Source of the DNA: Gonapodya sp. JEL0774
Taxonomy: Eukaryota
Direction: 5' to 3'
Assembly (NCBI GenBank): GCA_027604505.1
Contig: JADIIX010000044.1
Location: forward strand, 124,001-162,291
DNA: 38,291 bases
This document shows, piece after piece, positions 12,901-23,274 of this stretch; the stretch's first letter is position 1, and each line of letters opens with the position of its first letter. Under the pieces are notes generated by a model that was not told where the DNA came from, did not search any database, and was given only the letters and a program-made list of their open reading frames with translations. A program made the position numbers and the translations under genes.

Positions 12901-13846
12901 GGACCGAAGTAGCAGTGGGAGCGAGGCTGGTGGGGACTCGGGTCACGTCAATACTGCCACCTACCGCCCCAGCTCCGGAAAGTACGGTGGAAAGACTCGC
13001 CGGCCCGCGGTGCATCTGCATCTGCATCGGCTGCTGCTGCTGCTGCTGTGGTGGCTGTGTGGAAGTGGAAGCCGACGTGGGCGTCGCGGCGGGAAGTACG
13101 TACACGATGTGCGGAGGAGGGGCAGCAGCATTGGAATATGCGACTGATGTCTGAGCAGCGGTTGTCTGGGTCTGCGGCTGCGTAGGGGTCGCTGTTGACA
13201 GAGCGAGCGGCTGGTTTTGGGAGGGGACGAGGTACTGTGGTTGGTGCAGGTGCAGGTGCTGTTGCTCCGTATGTCCGAGCGAGTGGTGGTGGTGTGATTG
13301 CGACTGCGACTGCGATTGGTGCACCAGCTGCTGGCCCGGGCTTGGATGTGCATTGGGTGGGATCAGGGGTGCGTAGGGGGGTGGACCGGGGAGTGAGGGG
13401 TGGAGGAGGTATCTGACGGGCTGGAGCGGGACCGAGGGGTGCTGTTGGTGTTGGGGGTGGTGGGGTTGGGATGGGAAGGGGTGCTGTTGGTGTTGGGGTG
13501 CTGGTTGCGATTGATATTGCTGGTGGTGAAGCTGGTGTTGGTGCTGGTGCTGGTGCTGGTTTTGTGAATTGTGTGGTTGCTGCTGTGTCTGGGCAGGGTG
13601 GTGGTAATGCACCTGCCCGGTCTGATGAGGTGGATGAGGAAGAGAAAGGGGATGTACGGATTGGAACTGGTGGTACTGGTGGTACTGGGGCTGGAAGGAG
13701 GGTTGGTGAAGGAGGTTGTGAGGCTGGATGGGCTGGCCCGGATGCACGAGGTGGGGAGCGAGGGTGGGAGCGGTCGGATTCGTGTTAGTGTTCGGGTTCT
13801 GGTTCGGGTTCGGGTTCTGGTTCGATGAGGACGGGGATTGAGGCAT
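9983..13846 (-). CDS. ~1194 aa protein: long Q/H/P-rich disordered region, R/E-rich coiled coil, and C-terminal AlkB-family 2OG-Fe(II) dioxygenase domain
   Basis: Exons 13846-10833, 10642-10151, 10061-9983 (3585 nt, in frame). The C-terminal domain reads GLKCFRNLMSPQRCASLLTEI...ARFGHAY...LHIDQP (HxD)...IVTLGV...GRARTEWSHGV (distal His)...RVSLNIR (RxxxxxR). Confidence 0.85.
13020..13825 (-). repeat. coding low-complexity and microsatellite tracts (polyQ, QH, QS and NP repeats)
   Basis: Plus-strand (ctg)n at 13031-13048, (gactgc)n near 13300, (tggtgc)n near 13540-13560 and (ggttcg)-like units at 13790-13823. Confidence 0.8.
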
Positions 13847-15620
13847 GTGGTTCAGGAGGTGGACCTGCACGAGCTGTGGCTGGTGCTGGCTCTGGGGATG
13901 CTGGGGATGCCAGTTGTGCGGGGAAGGTAGAAGGTAGTTCAGCTGTTGGGGCGTTGGTTGAGCTGGAGAGTACGGGGAGTAAGGAGGGAGTGTGATAAAC
14001 TGCTGAGTGTTTGAAAATGGGAGGGGAGTGGAGCTGTGGGGGGAGTGGAGGGGAGGAGGAAGGTGCGTGAGTACAGTGTGGGGTCACTGGTGGGTTCATG
14101 GGGCCCGAGTGGGGAAGAGATGCAACAGGAGCAGGAAGCAAACGCAACGTTCACCACCGCCCAGAGGGGGGACGAGAGAGTTGAGATCGCGGAGAAGATA
14201 CGAGTCGATTGGAATGCGCACAAGTGTGCGACTTGAGTTTCCGTGTCCGAGTTGCCCTTTGAGTCGATGGAAATTGCACCCACATTTTGTCCCTTTGCGC
14301 CATCGCCGAGTCCTGCTGGAGTGCGGGCGAATGAGACGGAGCGTTGACCGAGATGCGAGGAGAGATGTAGGGCGAGGACATGTGAGTGCTGAGGTCGGAG
14401 AGCCCAGCTGGGAGTGGGGAAGCGACATCCATTGCCCGTCAACACCCCTCAACCAGACAAAGTGGGGGTGATAAAGAGTCAAGAAGGAGCAGCCTGCGTT
14501 GACGAGCGACGCTCGATGTCGCAGTTTCAGTTTCAGTTGGGACTGGGAGCGGCTGCAGTCCCCGGTACAGCTCCGAATCCCCGCGCGGGAAAGCAGGTGT
14601 CCGCGCACAGTCTGTTTCTATGCCTCCCCCTCGCTTCTCGTCTGGAAATACCCCGCTGGTTGTGTCGCTGTTTTATGGGGGATTTCCTCGCTTTCCACGT
14701 CTTCGATGCTGGGTCTCGCTTCAGGTGCGGCTGGTTGAGTTTCTGTGGTCACGTCAAAGCTCATTACTCAACCTCCACACTCCAGCGCTTGTTCCCCCAC
14801 TCTCTGCAAATAAGTCTAAATTAATTTTAGTTATTTCTTGGAATGACAGTGGAGGGAACAGACGCATCTGACAGGTAATTGTCCCCGCTTATGAGAGACA
14901 CTGACCGTCAGTGTCACACCATTATACAGCCCATGTCTTAAAACACATCTGCCAGTGGATTGAAAAACAAGCATGTTATGAGAGAGTTGCCAGATTGTCC
15001 GTGCCTCCCACACTGCAGCAACTGTGTTCCATGTGGTGTGTGAGCAGATGTGAGTTCTGTCACTTTCAATTTGCACCCACCGTATCAAAAAGGACTATGC
15101 CATGGTCTTGACCTGTGATTTGTGGACAGCATGATGTCGCAATTTGAATGCAACAGAACTCACCACCTGGAGCATGCAAGAGTCCCGGCGAGGCACACGG
15201 GGTAAGAGGAGTCTCGTGCAGATGGCCAAGATAGACTGGGCTAAGAATCTGGGCCACTTTCGTAGCATAGTTTAGTGCCTATTCACGGTCTCCTTTGGGC
15301 TACCAATATTTTGTGAGTGGGTTTCTCATGGCAAGGTCTTGCTATCATGGGTATTACAATGTATCCCCGGGATAATCTGATGTTGGTGAACTCGAACTCA
15401 ATTGATTCACCACTCTTCAAAAGAGCGTGAACTACTATATCCACATAATGTCCCAGTATAGCTGCCCAGTATCTGAAATGTTGACGCCCAAAGATGTGAG
15501 GCAGGCATTGGTGCCGCGCCCCGTTCCATCCCCGGCTGGTCCGTTCCCCTCCCACAGACACCGCAGACATTCCCCCGATTCCCACGACCGGGTGGAAACA
15601 AAACGTGGACGCCGCAGGGG

Positions 15621-18600
15621 ATGCCGCCGCAGACGCCACCGCCCGATCGTCCGCCGTCGAGCGTGTCTGTGCCCCTCCACTGGCCTGCCGCTGTCCCGCA
15701 CCCCACATGGACTCCCGCTGCTGGTTGGACGCCGCACACGCTCGCCGCACAACACGCCGCACACGCCGCACACGCCCCATCTGCGATCGCCCCTCTGCCG
15801 TCTTTCCCTGCCGCACCCCTCGCTCCTCTCGTCCCGTCAACGCGCTCGCCTCCCTCCAATCCTGCTGCTGCTGCTGCTCAGTCACGCGCTCAAATACAAA
15901 GAATTCAACAGGACTCTTCGCATTTCCGTGTCCGCCATTTGGCAACGGCGGCGTTTTTGGAGGATGGCGTGCAGGCCGTGTCCAGGTCAAACTCTCGCTC
16001 AATCGCACACTCTCCCGGTGCTGCTGCCGGTGCTGCAGCCGGTTCCGCTGTCGGTGCTGCTGGTGGCGGTCCTGCTGCTGCGTCTCCTCCTTCTGCTGCG
16101 GCCTCAGCAACTCCCTCGCTCTCCAGACCTCAAAAGCACGACAAGCGACTCTCAAAGTCGGCAACTCCCGGCGCTCCCGCTCCAGCATCATCCGCAGTCG
16201 TCACTTTCTCAGACTCTCCCACTCGCCACGATTCCCAATCTCGCCCCCGTCCACGCCCACGCCCCCCGCGCGACCCCAACTCTCTTCTCCACCACCGCGC
16301 CATCCGCAACTCCCGCGCCTACATGCTCGACCCAAACACTCCTGCTCCTTTCATGACTCCTTACCCGCTCCCGGAATCTGTCGCCAACACGTATCTCCGC
16401 AACTCTTCTGTGCCACCCGTCATCGATTTTCTCACCTCGGAACCCCCCCCCACGTTCTCCCAGGCCGCCTCCTCCTCCATCCCTCCCGCTGTGCCGTCCG
16501 CACACCCCTCCTCGCCTACGCCCCCCGACAACACCACCCCAACAGCGGCACCCCCAGCCTCCATCCAGCGCTTCCGCTTCTCCGCCTTCGTACCCCCGCC
16601 CCACCACTCCCAGGCCCCAACCACCCCGGCTCCTGCCACATTACCCCCTGCATGGGCCGGCGACGCACCCCACTCGTCTTATTTCCGCAGGTACCCTTTT
16701 CCCGCCCCATCTCCCACACCGACACCACCACCACCCCTCGACGCCCGCCCCCTCTCCTCCCGCTTCTCCCTCAACCGCGTATCCTCGGTCTTCCTTGGCG
16801 CCGTCGCATCTCGCGCTCGGTCGGTAGCCGCGGCGCGGGGACAGGGACAGGTGGGACAAGGCGGGCAGGGAGCGTGGGAGGGCGGGGAAACTCCTGCTGC
16901 AGGGCAGGCACACGCGGCGCGCACCCCACGCTCCCCGTCCCCGTCCCAACCCTCCACACTCCACCACCGCACGGGGTACAAGTCCCATCTGAGCCCCACG
17001 ACTTCGTATAACGATCTTGCCAGCTCGGTCATGCGGGAGGAAGGAGGGGTGGACGGGGCCGGGATGGGTATGGGAATTGGGATGGGGACAGAGATGGGGA
17101 TGGTGACAGGAGACCCCGACGGCACCACCACCATTCCCCAGGACCACGACCAGCACGTCCCCGATGTCGCGACCACGTGGCCCGTGCCCCTCGAGGACCA
17201 AGACAACTCCGATTCTGCCTACCCGCTGGCGTTCGACCCGGACCCGGTGTCGGGATCGGTGCGTGTTTCGACGTCTGCGTCCGCATCAGGGAAGCTCCGA
17301 CATGCCGGGGGCGGTGGAGGCGCCTCGTCTCTGCAGAGGACTCTCGGGTTCCGCGACGAGGACCAGCGGGGAGTGACGTTTGCCGTGCCGGACCTGGACA
17401 AGGGGAGGGACCGGGGGACGTGGGCAGACGGTGAACCTCACTCGCATGGGAACGGGAACCTTCCTGCCCCTGCCGCCGCCTCTGCGTACCCCGACGACAA
17501 TCTCACGGACCGGTATCAGTACTTGTACTCAGGTCCCAATATGTCAGACCACCAGAGCGCGCCTGACAACGACCCACACGACCCGTACGCTATCCCGCTC
17601 GACTCACACTCCACGCTCGTGAGGCGGCACTCTCGGCCTTACAGTCCTTCTGGGGGCGGGGAGGAGTACTTGGATGGGGAAGTGAACGAGTTCGCTGACG
17701 CGTTCGGGTTGGGATACGCCAAGCAACCCCCCGGGCCGGACAAGACCGGCGACCTTGGTGCCGGCCCGTACTTCACCTCCGACGTGGACCTCGGCGCGTT
17801 GGGCCACCACCCTTCGTCTCTGCACAAGGCTGCCCGAGCGCGGAAGAGGAACCGGGCCGCGGTACACGGTGCCAAAGTGGTTCTGGCCCTGTTCATGGCC
17901 GCTGCGGGGTTCGTGGCCATCGTCCTGGGCGTCGTCAGGGAGTGGAACGCCGCGGTCGAGGCGAAAGGCAGAGCTGCGGTGAACGTGGTGTTTCCGGGGG
18001 GAGGGACAGGCGCGGGCACAGGCACAGGCACGGGGACGGGAACGGGAGCAGGGAACGGGGGTGGGACCAGCGCGACCGTACCGTACGCCAACATCACGTG
18101 CCCCTGGATCCCTGACGCAAACCTACAAGCTCGTTTGCAGCCACCGGTCGGCGTTCGCATGAGTGGGTTCTCGCTCAACTGGCAGCACGACTCCCCCGTG
18201 GCCCTCACGGCTCGTCTCGGGTTCCGGCCTTCGATTGTCGGCGCGTTCGCACACGTGCTGAACTCCTCGTACGAACGGGATATCCTTTTTTGGTACGCGG
18301 GGCAGTTGCAGGCTCAGGCAAAGGCATCTTCGAGTGCAGCGAACGGGTCAAGTACCGCCCTTAGCTTGGCGCTCATGCCCGATGTGGGACTCGAGAACGT
18401 AGCGGAGAGCGTGTGGCAGCAGGTGGCGGACGATTTGAAGACCGTGAATTACGGGATGGGGGTGCCTGTGTTTTTGAGGTTCGCACACGAGGTCGGTAGC
18501 AGGAGAAGTCTAAGGCGATTCTGTCGCCTTTGTGGCCCCTGTTCCAGGTTTTGACATCTCTTCTTTTGTTTCCGGGCTTCCTGTCCCGCTTTCCCTTTTC

Positions 18601-19599
18601 TTCCCCCTTCACCTTGCGCTCCGTCAGATGAACGGCAACTGGGTCCCGTACGGGCAACGTCCCCTTCAGTTCGTCAAGACCTGGCGGCTCCTCGCCTCTC
18701 TCGTCCGGTCCCGCACCAACCTTACTGCCATGGTGTGGGCGCCCAACATGGGGGCCGGGTACCCGTTCGGTTCTAGCGTCTACACCCCCAAGGTGGGAAG
18801 TGACGAGTACAATGCAACGGATACGAATCGAGACGGAAGGATCACAGTGATGGACGACCCCTATGGACCGTATTGGCCAGGACGGGATTGGGTGGATTGG
18901 GTGGGGATTAGTATTTGTAAGTTCTCTGTGAAGGCATCGAGGGGGGTAAGGGCGAGGGGGACTAGTTTGCGCGGGTTCGGGATCCCAACTGACCACTTCG
19001 TCCATTGTCATCAACTTTTTTGCTCACGCACGTCTAGACTGGTTCGGAAACACCTTCTCCGATGCCGTAAGCAACATCCTCCCTCCCACCGACTATGTTT
19101 CGACCATCGCCTTTGGCAATTCATCCTCGACTTTGGCTCAAAATGCCACCATCTTTGATTTCTATACCACCTATGCCGTCAATCAATCCCTTCCGATGAT
19201 GCTTCCGGAATCTGGAGCGTTGTTTTACTATTCGGACTCGAAAGGTGCAGCTGTTCCTGCGGGTGTAGGTGAGATGGAGATGAAAAAAGCGTTCTGGAAA
19301 CAAACATGGGTAGCAAGTGGGAATGGTGTTCCGCAGATGCCACTCGTGAGGGCCGTTGTCAAGTGAGTGTTTGACCCGATACGGGAGAAAGATGGTAGCT
19401 CAGCTGACGCAATTTCTTCGTTTGGTGTGTTCTCCGCAGTTTTGAAGAAGCCAAGCTTGATTCCCGCGGCAACGGTACATTTCAGCTGACGTTTAATGAG
19501 ACAATTCGTGCAAGCTTTCTTGCCGACGTTGCGGCGGATCTCAAGATCGGACCCAGCACGCTGGTGTATTATTGCGACGGCAAAATTCAGGTGGTCTAG
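15621..19599 (+). CDS. ~1214 aa type II membrane glycoside hydrolase family 26 (beta-mannanase/glucanase-like) with a long N-terminal disordered region
   Basis: Exons 15621-18491, 18628-18916, 19038-19362, 19440-19599 (3645 nt). TM helix VVLALFMAAAGFVAIVLGVV at 17877-17936 follows basic RARKRNR. GH26 motifs: VFLRFAHE|MNGNW (acid/base Glu at an exon junction), MVWAPN, YWPGRDWVDWVGISIY, PMMLPESG (candidate nucleophile). Confidence 0.9.
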
Positions 19600-19830
19600 T
19601 TGCAGGATACAAGTGGGGGCATGGACATGAGGAAGATGGGCCTTGGGTCTTCGCGGAGATAGGAAAGGTGGAGGTGGAGGTAATAATACCATGATTTCAG
19701 GGTTGTTATTTATATCTACGTCATGGTTTTGAACTATTGAGAATCCTTTGTGCGCAATGTATTGAATCCTATATATCATCCACATGCAATCAGATATCGC
19801 TTTTGCATACATTGAAGTGTTTTGCCCCGA

Positions 19831-22605
19831 TCAAGATTGTGTATACCGGGTTATTTGAGGTAACCGTGTTCGCGGCTTTGCTTTCGGGTCGTGATGTCGG
19901 TAGCCGAGAAGATAAGAAGTCGCGCTACGGACATGCTGTTGAATTTGCGATGCAATGGGGAGATGAGATAACTGCGATGTGCTCTCGCCCTGTTCACGCA
20001 GGGTGAGAACCCACCATATTTGCAAGTCGGGTATCTTCTTCCTTCTCTCTTCGACGTCTGGTGCTATTTTCGGTAATTTGACCTTCCAGGTCGTTGTGAT
20101 ACGCAATTGCGTCGTCGGGATCGAATCGGCGCTGCCAGGCACAAAACGACAGACTCACACAAGGTCGCTACCATTTCATATCCGAGCCAATGAAAAGACA
20201 AACCTTTGGGTCTATATCGACAACTTTTCGCTTTGGATCGTCCATCCGAGGATCCTTGCGCTCTCCAAGGCCTATTTCCTGTCGCACAGGGGGTTCAGAA
20301 GCGCTCCTCTTCCTAGCTTTCTTTCCCCCGTATTTTTCCCACTCCGCCTGGCTATGTGGAGCAGGTTGCGCCTGTACAAAAGGATCCCGCTGCACATGAA
20401 GCCGCTCCAACGCACGCTCTTCCTCTCTAGCTTTAATGTCCAGTTCTTCGCACTGCCTGCGGACTTCGTCTAGTTGTCGCCTGCGTTCATCTTGCACGCG
20501 CCTTGAGGCGTCACGATCCGAAGGAGATCTATCTCGAAGTGCACCGCGACCCAGCTTTGCATCGAGATCATTGACGCCACCCGAAGAAACTCGAGGCATG
20601 AGAAGTGGGGCCCCACCGCCTTCGCGACCAAAGGGGTTGTAGCTGGTCTCTGTGGATCTATCGTGAATGTGGATAAGCGATTGCACAGGGTTGGGAGGTG
20701 CGATGTCGGTCCGCGGTCTCCCAGTGCGTGCTGACGGCGAAATGGGGTGGTAGGGTTTGAGAGGGATTGTCGTACCGGTGGGTTCATTCAGTAACTCTAC
20801 AGGATTCATATTCTGGGGAACAAGACCGCACTTTGTGAGGCTAGAGCCTCCTAGAAATGTTTTGAAAACCCACCTCTTGCATCTGCTGTTTCAGATCTCT
20901 TCTGTATGACTCTTGAATTTTGGCGATTTCTTTCATTGTTTCAGGTGGATGTTTATCCGCCTTCTCGATCGCCGGAACGACCGCCTTCGTTCGCCCGGAT
21001 ACTGGGTCCGAGATGGGATCCCCACCACCCCCGCGCACAGAATTGACATATCGCTCTGTTGGCTTTTGGATAAAGTACGCACACACGTCGTGTAAGCAGC
21101 AGAAATACACCATAGAGCAAGCATACGCCTGGCAAAACAAACCTTAAGATCTTCGAGACGCTCTTCTTCTTTCCTCCGTTCCTTATCTCGCACTTGTGTT
21201 TCCCAAGAAGCCACATACTCTAGTTCTTCCTCTGCGGAAATTCTTGTGCGCGACTGTGAAAATGCAGGTCGGCTCAGCCATGGGAATCGGACGCTACGGG
21301 TGATGTGCGTTCGCTGTACGTACTTCATGCCAAGTAGCTCTTCGAACACGACCACTTCGTTTCGTCCTATCGTAAGCTGTTTTCCTCGAAACACCTGGTA
21401 GGACTTGGTCCGCTTCCAGGTTACGCCTTCCTAATTCTCTTTCCTCCTCATTCGCCTTCTTTTCATCCCCCTTTTTGCTCCGCGCTTGCTCGAGTACGTC
21501 TTTTCCCATTTGTCGAAGTTTCTCAGTGTGGTCCACTGGTTGGTAATCGGATGATTCTACGAGATTTGAGTGGAAACGTCCGGAAGATGGGGGCGGGGCA
21601 CCGAATGGGAAACTCATACGAGACGACCCCGCAGAAGAGAGGAGAGCAGTATCTAAAGACGTGGATCGTTGACGGGCCAGCCGCACCCGGCTTTGCAGTT
21701 CCTTCTGTTGGGTACTCATTGCCTCACCTGACAATGTTTTTAAACCAGTCAAACTCCCTTTCAAGAAAATTTCCTTTCAAGAAAATAAAGTGATTTCTAC
21801 CAAACTCACATAGCTCCTTTTTCACCTTTTCCTTGCGCTCAATATGCCGGGCATCCTCCGTTCCGAAAAGTAGCCCCTTCTTTAACAGGCCAGCAAATCC
21901 TCTCGCTTGCGCTGTACAGCCCCGATCTCGCTCCCTTTGGGCCTGCGTCTCAAAGGACGACGGACCCCCAACGAAGAACGGGCTTGAAGGGTCAGGTGCA
22001 ATGCGTTTCGTGAGGGCACCGGACATTGGGAATTGTGGTGAATCGAGAAGTGCAAGGATAGGCGGAGCAGAATACGAAGCATGGGTTACTGATGAGGCGG
22101 TTGGAGCTCGAGAAGTAAAGCTTCCTCCATCGAGATTTTGGTATGTCCCTAGGAGGCCATTCTTGCGTGTCGTAAGTACGCAACGAACGAAGAACAGAAA
22201 TGCTTAACACGAAAGGAACGAGGCACGTTATGGAGGCAATAACCATTCAAGAATCACCTTTTGATCCCCTCTTGATTTGCCCGGATCCGTGACAGCTCTC
22301 CTGCCGTACATTGGGCCACCTTTCATGAAGAATGTTCGGAGTATCATGCAGAGAAGAGACAAGTGCAAGAAACATAATCCCGATAGATCCAAAAATGAGC
22401 CGGTCACAAATGCGAGCGAAGAAATTTGAAATGTCTTAAACAGCAATATCGCACATTGAACCTCCGACCACTCCTTCTCCTTGGCCGCCCGCATTAATTC
22501 ATTCTTTGCTTGGATAATCCGCCTGTCAGTAGCAGGAATAAAAGGGTCGAAGGGCGTCATGTCGTGGGCCAGAAGAGTTGGGGCCAAAAATTTGTCTGCA
22601 GGCAT
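19831..22605 (-). CDS. multi-exon charged coiled-coil protein, CSPP1-like (centrosome/cilium) candidate; exon boundaries only partly resolved
   Basis: Series of minus-strand coding blocks separated by intron-like gaps, starting at ATG 22605. Motifs YNPFGREGGGAPLL (about 20599-20641), VRGGGGDPISDPVSG (about 20996-21038) and ESYRRDLKQQMQE resemble the CSPP1 NPWGKGGGGAPL and Y..EL.QQ motifs. Confidence 0.5.
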
Positions 22606-23274
22606 GGTTGAAGGAAGACCCTCCCGAATGCAAAGAAAGATGTGGACTAAAGAAGGGCTGATTCTTGAGAGTAGATTGGGTTTCTAATTTTGCTGATCGA
22701 TGGTTGGGTGGACAGCGATATGCTGTGAGTTGCTTCGCAAGTAAGACTGGGGAGGCGGCGCACCGGTGCAGTCCCCCCGCCCAGCATCCCCAACCCACAA
22801 GGGGGCAATCACTATCACCACCCTGTGTTCCTAAACTTCACGTCTCAATTATTAAGCTGAGTTTGGATTCCTTAATTGTGCGAGGTAAGCGGCTTGCATT
22901 GGATAACTGCACCAAGCTCCCGCAGATTCTTCTCGAAGCCCAAAAGTTACTACTTTTTGCATTTTGTATTGTTGTTGGACGGGAGTATTAGAAGTGTTAT
23001 TGGCAGTCAGAGCACGGTGCTGATCTGGTCAGGGGGCCCGTGGCACAGAGTTGATCACTCCAATGACCTGACCAAGTCAAGGCGCTCATCACATCAGAGT
23101 CAAGTCGCCGCTGCAGACTCTGTCTCAGTCTTCAGCCCAGGCCTCCTCGTGCTCGAACACTTCATCCACACTTTTGCTCGTAATTGGCCAGAATCACGCA
23201 CATCGGCGCAATCGGCGCTCCTGTCAAAGATCCAATCTCTCTGCTTGACCAACGTAAAGCAAACTACGACAATA

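Noticed and set aside
10740..18210. Many long overlapping or antisense ORFs (e.g. 11285-12211, 15283-16191, 15427-16356, 15605-17011)
   Set aside because: These are expected shadows of GC-rich low-complexity coding sequence with few stop codons, and they show no domain motifs.
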